Program-made: the position numbers and the translations under genes | In this document: positions 44,810-53,202 of the stretch, in pieces | How the letters are laid out: every line of letters starts with the position of its first letter | Position numbering within the stretch: the first letter of the stretch is position 1 | Notes under the pieces: model-generated | Told to the model about the DNA's origin: nothing | Seen by the model: the letters and a program-made list of their open reading frames with translations, nothing else | Databases searched by the model: none | Source of the DNA: Escherichia phage FL20 | Sequence record: PP400781 | Length of the DNA: 64,000 nucleotides | Reading direction: 5' to 3' (one strand)

Positions 44810-47053
44810 TTACAGCTTGCAAGATGAGCACTCGCTAGCGTCTTCCGTACCATCTGCACCGTCGCGAACGTTCGCATAATACAGGGTTTTCAGACCGTAA
44901 TGTTGAGCGAACAACATATCATCTAACACATCAGCAATATCGACTTTACCAGTCTTATAAGTGCTTGGATCATAGGATGTATTGGAACTAATCGCCTGAT
45001 CTACAAACTTCTGCATGATCGCTGCCAGTGTCAGATAGGGCTTGTTACCTTTCTTGATCAGTGTCCAAAGCAGGTCAATAACATCAGCATTATTCTCTAC
45101 GTTCGGAATAACCTGATTAAATTGCCCTTCTTTCGATCCTTTAACCGATACAATCCCGCGAGGTGGTTCAATACCGTTTGTGCTGTTAGACACCTGAGAA
45201 GATGACTCACAAGGCATCAGCGCCGAAAGCGTACTGTTACGAATGCCATATTTTTTCAGGTCTTCGCGCAGTTCTTCCCAATCCATCTCATACACCGGAT
45301 CAACCAGTTCATCTACTGTCTTTTTGTACCAGTCGATAGGCAGTTCACCGCGACCATAACGTGTTTCATGCATCAGTTCGCAAGCACCCTTCTCTTTAGC
45401 CAGTTGCACACTAGCCTTAATCAGAGCATATTGCAAGCGTTCAAACGTTTTATGCGTAAACTCGCTAGCGTCTTCATATGTGAAGAAATTATCTGCTAGA
45501 TATGATGCAAAGTTAGTCACACCAACACCCAGAGAGCGACGTTTTTTGGCTGTCAGAGCTTGTTCTACAGGATAATCCTGATAATCTAACAGGTTGTCCA
45601 GTGCACGCACCATAACCATAGCAATGCGTTCTACTTCTTCCATATTTTCGATATCAAAGTTTCCTAAAACATATGCTGCCAAAGTACATAGGCTGATCTC
45701 TGAATCATCACGACCCATCGGTTTTGTAGGCAGAGCAATTTCACAACACAGGTTAGATTGTTTAATCGGTGCTACATTACGAATAAACGCCCCGTGATTG
45801 TTCATGTTGTCTGTGAACGTTGGGTAGATTCGACCAGTGTTAAAACGTTCAATTGCCACCGCTAAAAACAGGTCTTCGGCTTTAACACGAGTTTTACGAA
45901 CACTCGGATCTTTTTCCAGTTTTTCGTAAAGTTGGCGGAAACCTTCCTCGTCTCGGAAGTACAGATCCCACAACAAGCCACCCGCAACATCTGGACTAAA
46001 CAGAGTAATGTAATCCCGTTTAAGGAATCGCTCTACCATCAGGTTATTAATCTGTACGCCGTAGTCAAGATGGCGAATGCGGTTATCTTCCACGCCCTTA
46101 TTGTTCTTTAACACAATCAGACTTTCAAACTCTAAATGCCACATTGGGTAATAGAGTGTCGCTGCCCCGCCACGAATACCGCCTTGTGAGCATGACTTAA
46201 CGGCAGTCTGAAAATGTTTCCAGAATGGGATAACTCCAGTATGACGAACTTCACCATGCCCGATCTTAGATCCTTCCGCGCGAATCATGCCAGCGTTGAT
46301 ACCGATACCAGCACGCTTGCTAATATACTTGATGATTGCATTTGCGGTTTCATTAATACCCTGCAATGAGTCATCACTTTCAATCACCACACACGAACTA
46401 AATTGGCGTGTTGGGGTACGCACACCTGCCATAATCGGAGTAGGCAGAGAGATTTGCTTATTCGCAACCGCATTATAAAAATCAATCACATGTTCAAGTC
46501 GATTTTCTGTCTCTTCTTGATGCAAGCACATACCGATCAGCATATACGCAAATTGCGGTGTTTCGATGATTTTCTTAGTGCTGCGATCTTGAACAAGATA
46601 TTTCTCTTTTAACTGCATCGCACCAGCATAGGTCATTTTAAAATCAAGTTTATGGTCGATGAATTTCTCCAGATATTCCACTTCTTCACGGGAATACTTT
46701 TGCAGAATTTCGCGATCATATTTTCCGGTTGCAATATTACGCTCAATATGGCTGTAAAAATCAATCGGTTGGAATTGACCGTATACTGATTTGCGAAGCG
46801 CGAACATTGCAAGGTTACTTGCTACATATTGATAATCGGGTGTTTCTACAGTAATGTTATCTGCTGCGACCTTAATCAATACTTTCTGGATATCGTTGGT
46901 AGACATACCTTCTGTCAGAAGTGGTTCAACCATATCAAACAATTCATATGGATCAACGTTATGACCTTCGGCTGCCGCTTCCAGAATTTTCATTACTTTT
47001 TCTTTTTCAAAAGGAACAGTCAGACCGGAAGACTTAACAACATTTTTAATCAT
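44810..47053 (-). CDS. nrdA: ribonucleotide reductase large subunit
   Basis: 747 aa; N-terminal ATP-cone, catalytic NLCCEI, C-terminal CSSC; class Ia. Confidence 0.95.
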   Translation of the reverse strand: MIKNVVKSSGLTVPFEKEKVMKILEAAAEGHNVDPYELFDMVEPLLTEGMSTNDIQKVLIKVAADNITVETPDYQYVASNLAMFALRKSVYGQFQPIDFYSHIERNIATGKYDREILQKYSREEVEYLEKFIDHKLDFKMTYAGAMQLKEKYLVQDRSTKKIIETPQFAYMLIGMCLHQEETENRLEHVIDFYNAVANKQISLPTPIMAGVRTPTRQFSSCVVIESDDSLQGINETANAIIKYISKRAGIGINAGMIRAEGSKIGHGEVRHTGVIPFWKHFQTAVKSCSQGGIRGGAATLYYPMWHLEFESLIVLKNNKGVEDNRIRHLDYGVQINNLMVERFLKRDYITLFSPDVAGGLLWDLYFRDEEGFRQLYEKLEKDPSVRKTRVKAEDLFLAVAIERFNTGRIYPTFTDNMNNHGAFIRNVAPIKQSNLCCEIALPTKPMGRDDSEISLCTLAAYVLGNFDIENMEEVERIAMVMVRALDNLLDYQDYPVEQALTAKKRRSLGVGVTNFASYLADNFFTYEDASEFTHKTFERLQYALIKASVQLAKEKGACELMHETRYGRGELPIDWYKKTVDELVDPVYEMDWEELREDLKKYGIRNSTLSALMPCESSSQVSNSTNGIEPPRGIVSVKGSKEGQFNQVIPNVENNADVIDLLWTLIKKGNKPYLTLAAIMQKFVDQAISSNTSYDPSTYKTGKVDIADVLDDMLFAQHYGLKTLYYANVRDGADGTEDASECSSCKL

Positions 47054-47121
47054 ATTACCTCACTTCATATTTTAGCAGGAACAAGTTTATCCTCCATATT
47101 GGGGGCTTTCGCCCCCTTTGT

Positions 47122-48354
47122 TTATACTGCCATTTGAGCGGTGATTGCTGGATGGCTTTGATAGTTGTGAATTTTAAAGTCTTTCGGAGTCTTTGTCAAT
47201 ACCTCATCTAAAGATTTAAATTCCGGCAACTCAATCGTTGGTTTATCAAACGGAACACGGCTTAACTGTTCCATAACTTGATCAAAATGGTTTTTGTAAA
47301 TGTGAGTATCTCCACCAGAGAAAATCAGTTCTCCTACCTCAAGATCACACATTTTCGCTATGATGTGAGTTAACAGCGCATAGCTGGCGACGTTAAAGGG
47401 CAAGCCTAAAAAGCTGTCTACGCTTCTCTGAAACCACATACAAGACAGTTTACCTTCATTGACGTAGAATTGCACGAAAGGATGACATACACCCAATACA
47501 GCATTATGTGTTCCTTGTACGTTCCATGAGTCAATAATGATCCGGCGATCCGTTGGATTGTTTTTAATTTGTTCAATCACGTTTTGTAACTGGTCTTCCC
47601 AAATCTTCTGGCGATAGACATATTCTTCATCGTCTTTAGTGCTCGATGTGTCTACGTCCATACTAGCAAAGATCGTGGTATCTGGTGCTAAAATATCCCC
47701 ACCCAGATAATCACTATCAAGCAGATAACCGAAATAACCATCATCTACCCATTCCTGGAATCCCCACAAGCAATATGCATCATTAACAAAATTAGATTGA
47801 GTCTTCCAGTGGTCTGCTACTAAGAATAGATTATACTCAGAATCAAACTCTTCATAACGCATACCACGCCAGATAGCACATAAACGGTCTTCTGTTTCAT
47901 TGGTTGGCGTAAAGTCTTCTACCCACGGGTGCTTAAATGTATGTGCATATTTGCTCTTAACGCGCTTAATTTTGATTTCACCGTGTGGATGAATCGGTTT
48001 GCGTCGCCATGCCATACCATACATATTGCCGACATTATAACCATTGAATCGCAAAGGATTCTTTTCTTTCATATCAAGACAGTTGCCGCGCCAAATGTCG
48101 AAGGCTTCTTCGTCAAACTTACCGCGTGTAATTTCCTGTAAGCGACGGCGGTCAAGTGATCCCTCCATAAACCATAGCAATTCACCAATTACAGAGGCTG
48201 TAGCCATCTTTTTAGTGGTCAGTAAGGGGAAACCCTTGCTTAAGTCAATTCGCATTTCTGCACCGAATTTAGAGAGCGTACCTATCCCCGTTCGGTCTTC
48301 ACGAGGCCAGCCATTATCAAGAACATCACGCAACAGTTTCAAATATTCTTTCAT
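47122..48354 (-). CDS. td: thymidylate synthase with ~125-aa insertion
   Basis: ThyA motifs CHPFVQFYV, GKLSC, QRSVDSFLGLPFN, ASYALL; extra residues between the YGxxWR and DQL..V..IKNNPTDRRII regions. Confidence 0.85.
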   Translation of the reverse strand: MKEYLKLLRDVLDNGWPREDRTGIGTLSKFGAEMRIDLSKGFPLLTTKKMATASVIGELLWFMEGSLDRRRLQEITRGKFDEEAFDIWRGNCLDMKEKNPLRFNGYNVGNMYGMAWRRKPIHPHGEIKIKRVKSKYAHTFKHPWVEDFTPTNETEDRLCAIWRGMRYEEFDSEYNLFLVADHWKTQSNFVNDAYCLWGFQEWVDDGYFGYLLDSDYLGGDILAPDTTIFASMDVDTSSTKDDEEYVYRQKIWEDQLQNVIEQIKNNPTDRRIIIDSWNVQGTHNAVLGVCHPFVQFYVNEGKLSCMWFQRSVDSFLGLPFNVASYALLTHIIAKMCDLEVGELIFSGGDTHIYKNHFDQVMEQLSRVPFDKPTIELPEFKSLDEVLTKTPKDFKIHNYQSHPAITAQMAV

Positions 48355-48622
48355 CCCACATCACCTTTTTCTTATTGATTGCTTTCTTACGCAGTTTTGC
48401 TACTGTCTCGTCAATATCGATAAAGACAACGCCACGGTCGAATACAGTAGCAGGTCTTGAGATATCGCTATTTTCTTGCACAGGAAGCCATGATGCGCTC
48501 GCTTCATCATAGAGATATTGTAAACCGTAATAATCTACGGCTACTGCGTAGTTTTCACTGGTAGCCGTCCATAATTGAATAATACCGACTTTCATTATTG
48601 TTCCCGTCCGCAATGTAAGCAC
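48326..48622 (-). CDS. hypothetical protein (98 aa)
   Basis: ORF between frd and td. Confidence 0.4.
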   Translation of the reverse strand: MLTLRTGTIMKVGIIQLWTATSENYAVAVDYYGLQYLYDEASASWLPVQENSDISRPATVFDRGVVFIDIDETVAKLRKKAINKKKVMWDERIFETVA

Positions 48623-48688
48623 CGACTACCAGCAAACATTAAAGATTCACCACAATGTTTGCACTCATAATCTGTCAGAATTTTCATG

Positions 48689-49270
48689 TTACGCCTTCTT
48701 ACGTTCTAAAATTTGTTCGCTGATCAGGTAATTATCAAGGAAGTAATTATGTTCTTCTTTGGTTACAAAGTCAAAATACAATTCCTGAATCATTTCCTTA
48801 GATATACCAACATCATATTCAAATGGATCGTTGATCCCTGAACGTTGAACATACGTTAACACAATACGGTCCGCAAAGTCAACTGCTTTTTCAATCAGGG
48901 AAGGTCCACCAATAACGCTTACCAAACCTTGCAATTTCTCTATGACTTCTAATAATTCCTTCAATCCACCATCATTAGTAATCGCGGTATACACATCAGG
49001 TTGTTCGCCGTTTTTTGCTGTCGGTGCTGGCTTACTGGTATCGGTACTAACAACCACATTCACACGACCTTCCAGTGCTTTAGGAAGACTTTCAAAGGTA
49101 TTGCGTCCCATTACAACCGCCGCAAGATCAACATCTCCCATAGTGCGCATTTTAAAGTTTTCCATGTCCTTTTTGATTGGACGACCCCACGGTAAACCGC
49201 CTTTAAAACCAAAAGACCAATTTTCATCCGACATTTTAGTGTCACCAATCGCAAATACACATTGAATCAT
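48689..49270 (-). CDS. frd: dihydrofolate reductase
   Basis: 193 aa; GLPWGRP motif; T4 frd position. Confidence 0.85.
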   Translation of the reverse strand: MIQCVFAIGDTKMSDENWSFGFKGGLPWGRPIKKDMENFKMRTMGDVDLAAVVMGRNTFESLPKALEGRVNVVVSTDTSKPAPTAKNGEQPDVYTAITNDGGLKELLEVIEKLQGLVSVIGGPSLIEKAVDFADRIVLTYVQRSGINDPFEYDVGISKEMIQELYFDFVTKEEHNYFLDNYLISEQILERKKA

Positions 49271-49285
49271 AATATAAATCTCCTA

Positions 49286-49615
49286 TCAAACCAGCTTGAG
49301 ATAGTTTTCGTTAACGTTTTCTTCTGTGATCTCGGTTTTAAACTCATTACCAACATCAGGAGAAACATAATAGCGTTCGGAATAATCACGCCACATTTTC
49401 AGTAGGCTGACACCAACATTAACACCATTTTCCCAGAAACGGAAGATAATTTTATTTGCGGTGTAGCGGTAATCGCTTTGAATCAAGCTGCCATCACCGC
49501 GACGTGATTCATAAACCGTAATACATTCACGGTTAGCGGCTTTAAGACATTCTTCAATAGTGCCGCATGAGATAATTTCGGTTGAGTCGTTTACGATTTG
49601 TTCTACAGTCCACAT
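49286..49615 (-). CDS. hypothetical protein (109 aa)
   Basis: ORF downstream of PeSL; frd.x position. Confidence 0.5.
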   Translation of the reverse strand: MWTVEQIVNDSTEIISCGTIEECLKAANRECITVYESRRGDGSLIQSDYRYTANKIIFRFWENGVNVGVSLLKMWRDYSERYYVSPDVGNEFKTEITEENVNENYLKLV

Positions 49616-49674
49616 AATATAATCCTCTCTTTGTTTCGATGTGTGTATTATACATTACCACATCAGCATGTCAA
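49616..49674 (-). promoter_or_regulatory. PeSL-like early promoter cassette
   Basis: TTGACA / 16 nt / TATAAT / leader CACACATCGAAACAAAGAGAGGATT. Confidence 0.6.
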
Positions 49675-49701
49675 CACCTTTTTCATAAAATTTTAGTCAA
49701 T

Positions 49702-49726
49702 AAAAAAGCCTCCCCGAAGGAAGGCT
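49702..49726 (-). terminator. rho-independent terminator after gene 32
   Basis: Minus-strand hairpin AGCCTTCC-TTCG-GGGAGGCT followed by 6 U. Confidence 0.7.
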
Positions 49727-49736
49727 TTAAAATTCA

Positions 49737-50738
49737 TTACATCCCTAACAGAGCGTCAAGATCATCCAGATCAGAAGCGGAGGAAGTACCGCCACCCAGA
49801 TCCAGCGATGCCATCAGGTCATCAGCGGAAGAATCTAACGCCGTGCTAGCTGCGTTAATACCAACTACAGTGCTAGCTGCGTTAATACCAACTACAGTGC
49901 TAGCTGCGTTAATACCAGAATCGAATGCATTCATCTGTGCGTCAAAATCGTCAAGCTGGCTGTTAATCGCTGCCGCAGCACTGGAAGCCGCAGCACCAGC
50001 TACCATAGAAACGCCCATAGTTTTCTTAAATTTTGTTTCCAGTTCATCGAACGGTTTAAACTGGCTAGGCGCTACAATCTCACTCAGATCAACCATGTTT
50101 TCCATCAGATATTTCTGATATGCTTCGTCTTCAATTTTCGGAAGCTGTGATTGCTGCATGAAACGAGAATCATCATAGTTCTGGTGTTTATCAACCTTCT
50201 TAGCTTTCAGGAGGAAGTTAGCACCAGAGAACACACAAGTTACATCGACCGGAACTTCGCCCATATCGGTATTCACGTTCACCATTGCAACGATCTTATC
50301 ATAAATTTTCTGACCGAAGCGGAATTTGAATACCTTACCTTCATTTTCTGGTGCTTGAGGATCTTTCAGTACCAGAATATTTGCGTAGTAAGACGCTTTA
50401 CGCTTAATCAGTTGCCATTCGGTTTTATCGGTATTGTACAGGTCTTTTTCGTTAATATATTTGCACACAGGGCAAGAATCAAAATCACCGTGGGTGCTGG
50501 AGCAGTTTTCCCAATACCATTTGCCATTAACTTTGAAGGAATGGTTTACCAGTTTCACAATCGGCAGACCGTCTTCTGTCTTAGACGGCAGGAAGCGAAT
50601 CAGGGCTTCACCGTTACCTGCTGCATCAGTCTTAATCTTCCACTCTTTTGGATCTTCTTTGGAGAAACCGTTGCCACCTTTCAGTGCGGCCAGTTGAGCT
50701 TGCAGTTTGGAGCTATCTTGACGACGAAACATGTTCAT
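49737..50738 (-). CDS. 32: single-stranded DNA-binding protein gp32
   Basis: N-terminal KxKx-like basic region, [13 protein letters not shown], zinc ligands [16 protein letters not shown]; acidic C-terminal domain. Confidence 0.9.
   Translation of the reverse strand: MNMFRRQDSSKLQAQLAALKGGNGFSKEDPKEWKIKTDAAGNGEALIRFLPSKTEDGLPIVKLVNHSFKVNGKWYWENCSSTHGDFDSCPVCKYINEKDLYNTDKTEWQLIKRKASYYANILVLKDPQAPENEGKVFKFRFGQKIYDKIVAMVNVNTDMGEVPVDVTCVFSGANFLLKAKKVDKHQNYDDSRFMQQSQLPKIEDEAYQKYLMENMVDLSEIVAPSQFKPFDELETKFKKTMGVSMVAGAAASSAAAAINSQLDDFDAQMNAFDSGINAASTVVGINAASTVVGINAASTALDSSADDLMASLDLGGGTSSASDLDDLDALLGM
49843..49916. repeat. 27-bp tandem repeat (about 2.7 copies) in gene 32 C-terminal domain
   Basis: GTGCTAGCTGCGTTAATACCAACTACA repeated; encodes GINAASTVV x2-3. 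Confidence 0.85.
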
Positions 50739-50798
50739 AATTATACCTCTTTATACATTAACTATTGATTAATTTACGTTTTATACTATATCAGATAC

Positions 50799-51395
50799 TT
50801 AATTGCTTGTCAATACTTTATCAATTATATCTAACAGTTTTGGCTTTCTATTTTCAAATTCTAACATCTCTTCGGGAGAAATGTCAACTACTTCTGTTTT
50901 GTTGAAAAAGTTTGGGTCTATAGCATCAGCAACAAAGTTTCTCGCAAGTGCTGCCGCTTTCTCATGAACATATATTCCCAAATATATCAACTTCTTTCTT
51001 TCGACCTGAATATTGGCAACATATTTACCATCTCGTTTATAAAGACTAACACCGATATATTCAGACGATCGACCTTTCTGTTTACCCATATTTCTTGAGT
51101 TTTGTTGCTCGTTCGCATCTCTCAAGTTTTCAATCCGATTATCTGTTATAATTCGGTTAACATGGTCAACGTATTTTGGCATGTATCCATGATGCATAAA
51201 GAAAATTATTCTATGCTCTTTATGATGTTTACCATCGATACACACCAATCTGTATCCATGACTAGGATTAACTCCACCCGCTCTAGATCCGACTTTATGC
51301 TTTCTGTTTGTCGATATCTTGCGAATCAGCTTACCGTTATCATATTTAAAGAGTTCATGACAACGAGCATACAATTCAGGATCATATGTTTTCAC
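50799..51395 (-). CDS. HNH homing endonuclease with AP2 DNA-binding domain
   Basis: HNH core GYRLVCIDGKHHKEHR...VDHVNRIITDNRIENLR; AP2-like YIGVSLYKRDGKYVANIQ; between 32 and 59 where T4 carries segG. Confidence 0.8.
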   Translation of the reverse strand: MKTYDPELYARCHELFKYDNGKLIRKISTNRKHKVGSRAGGVNPSHGYRLVCIDGKHHKEHRIIFFMHHGYMPKYVDHVNRIITDNRIENLRDANEQQNSRNMGKQKGRSSEYIGVSLYKRDGKYVANIQVERKKLIYLGIYVHEKAAALARNFVADAIDPNFFNKTEVVDISPEEMLEFENRKPKLLDIIDKVLTSN

Positions 51396-52059
51396 CTTTT
51401 AACCTCGATATTTCTTTACACTCTTTAACTACTTTAACAAATAATGCTCTTGCTTTTGCGGCGTCAATAACAAGTAGTTTCTTGTACGCCTTCATTTTAA
51501 CACTATAAGTTTGCCAAATCAAGTCTTTGGCTACCTTGTCGTGTTCGTCGATTATATTTAGAAAGCTATCTAACAACATAAACGACTCAAACGATATAAT
51601 CCGATTTTGCAGTAGTTTAAAGATACCGCTAGTTTCGGTTGCGGGATTATATGTAATTAGCTCTTTAAGAGTAACCCCGCGTTTCTCTGAGAAGTATACA
51701 AGACTTTTAATGTCATCGTCAAATCTTGTTGCTGCATCTGTTATCTTTCCTATGTATTCCATATAAAAGCCGTATGCGTCAACATCAGTGATTTCACCTA
51801 CCCATGCATCGGTATTAGCTACCAGATTGCTTAGGAATAGGAAGTATAATTCTCTTAGATTGTACTTTTCCGCTAATTTTGCGAAATAATACTTATCTCT
51901 GCGTTTATTGAATGCGGCATCAGATAACCGCATCCTCCAATTATATTTTACGCAATCATAACGCCCGTTCATATGAGCTTTCATCATGCAATATAACATA
52001 TACACAGATTTAGCATTAATTCGCATATCTGGATCTGGAGGAAGACGGTTTCTGATCAT
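51382..52059 (-). CDS. 59: helicase loader gp59
   Basis: GKSVY.LY...HMNG.YD..KYNW.MR.SDAA..KRRDKY.F.KL similar to T4 gp59. Confidence 0.9.
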   Translation of the reverse strand: MIRNRLPPDPDMRINAKSVYMLYCMMKAHMNGRYDCVKYNWRMRLSDAAFNKRRDKYYFAKLAEKYNLRELYFLFLSNLVANTDAWVGEITDVDAYGFYMEYIGKITDAATRFDDDIKSLVYFSEKRGVTLKELITYNPATETSGIFKLLQNRIISFESFMLLDSFLNIIDEHDKVAKDLIWQTYSVKMKAYKKLLVIDAAKARALFVKVVKECKEISRLKGENI

Positions 52060-52068
52060 ACATACCCC

Positions 52069-52338
52069 TTAAATATCGAGAGTGTTGGTCGGTTCGTCGA
52101 TCACTCCCTTCCTGAGCGTTCTATTTACTATACATTCTTGTGTGATCTTGTCAATAATGGACACCGGAATATATTTCTGATAGTGACCATATTCTATAGA
52201 GTTTTCCTCTACAAACTGAGTTGTCGCTTCAAGATAAGTCAATCCCTCTTCAACAACCAGTTTTTCGATTGCAAGACCGTTTGCTGTTTTATTCGCGGCT
52301 TTTACCGCATGTTCATTAAGCATTGAACACCCGATCAT
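52069..52338 (-). CDS. 33: late transcription accessory protein gp33
   Basis: YLEATT.F.EENSI similar to T4 gp33; synteny 59-33-dsbA. Confidence 0.7.
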   Translation of the reverse strand: MIGCSMLNEHAVKAANKTANGLAIEKLVVEEGLTYLEATTQFVEENSIEYGHYQKYIPVSIIDKITQECIVNRTLRKGVIDEPTNTLDI

Positions 52339-52591
52339 AGAGTTCTACTGCTTCATCGCGTTCTGCTTCGAAGGTTTCGCGCTGTTGCTGGTGATACAGT
52401 TTAAACAGAATGCCCCACATTTTACCATCTACGCCTAATTCTTCTTTAGCACGCTGTTTGATCTCTTTGATCTTATCGCCATATGCTTCTTGAATGGTTT
52501 TCTGATCACTGGCTTCTTTAATCAGTTGTGCCAGGGTATTTCCGTGCACTGCTTCGTCAAATACTACTTTTTCTTTTTTCTGTTCAGTCAT
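52316..52591 (-). CDS. dsbA: dsDNA-binding protein DsbA
   Basis: FDEA.HG..LA..IKEASD, ELGVDGKM, FEAE..E.VELYD.VF match T4 DsbA. Confidence 0.75.
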   Translation of the reverse strand: MTEQKKEKVVFDEAVHGNTLAQLIKEASDQKTIQEAYGDKIKEIKQRAKEELGVDGKMWGILFKLYHQQQRETFEAERDEAVELYDRVFNA

Positions 52592-52595
52592 AATA

Positions 52596-53192
52596 TTAAC
52601 CCTCTTTCGTCATTAATTGAAAACCACGTTCAGCTTTTGAAATTTCGCTAGGACTTAAATCGTCACCAACATATTCTAGCATCATTTCTCGGATAATGTC
52701 AAGTGCTTTTTCATCACCTGATTTTAACTCGAACTCAAGTTCATAGTGAGCATCTCCCATGACTTCGCCGACTTTGCAATAATAGAAAGTGTCTTTGCAC
52801 ATTTCCACTATAGCACCCTCAAGGTCAAGTGTCAATGACTTGAGGTATGTCATTACTTGCAACAAAGGAACTATAAGGTCGGAGTTTACGCCTAGACTAT
52901 CAACATAGTGATAGAAATCATCCATTGTTGAAAAAGTAATTTCTTCTCGGTTGAATAGTCCAGATTCACCATCACCTATTTTGATCATGATCAATGATCT
53001 ATTAACGTCAAGTCGAGCATAAATTCCTTTTCGACGCAGTGCATGATCTTCGGTATCATAATAAAATTCGTGTTTTAGAGTGTTAGCATGATCTACGATA
53101 TTGTACCCGTCATACATTGCCGCCCACAAATCACAGATGGTTTCGACGCCAATTTGTGAGTGTACATAGTATTTTAATTCAAGTTCTTTCAT
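52596..53192 (-). CDS. CYTH-like (triphosphate tunnel metalloenzyme family) protein
   Basis: N-terminal ELELKYYV (ExExK), YYDTEDHALRRKGIYARLD, C-terminal HYELEFELK; not present between dsbA and rnh in T4. Confidence 0.55.
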   Translation of the reverse strand: MKELELKYYVHSQIGVETICDLWAAMYDGYNIVDHANTLKHEFYYDTEDHALRRKGIYARLDVNRSLIMIKIGDGESGLFNREEITFSTMDDFYHYVDSLGVNSDLIVPLLQVMTYLKSLTLDLEGAIVEMCKDTFYYCKVGEVMGDAHYELEFELKSGDEKALDIIREMMLEYVGDDLSPSEISKAERGFQLMTKEG

Positions 53193-53202
53193 GTGTCAAC
53201 CC

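Noticed and set aside
47098-47121. Hairpin GGGGGCTTTCGCCCCC plus TTTGTTTAT between nrdA and td as a plus-strand terminator
   Set aside because: No plus-strand gene lies upstream, and on the minus strand it is not followed by a U-run. Function unclear.
47122-48354. Group I intron or intein in td
   Set aside because: The ORF is continuous with no stops, the extra sequence is not at the T4 td intron position, and it lacks intein Cys/Ser...His-Asn boundary residues.
49639-50118. 159-aa plus-strand ORF
   Set aside because: Antisense to gene 32 and overlaps its tandem repeat. Its Ala-rich composition mirrors the repeat.
50151-50768. 205-aa plus-strand ORF
   Set aside because: It is antisense to gene 32, whose protein matches gp32 strongly. 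No RBS was seen.
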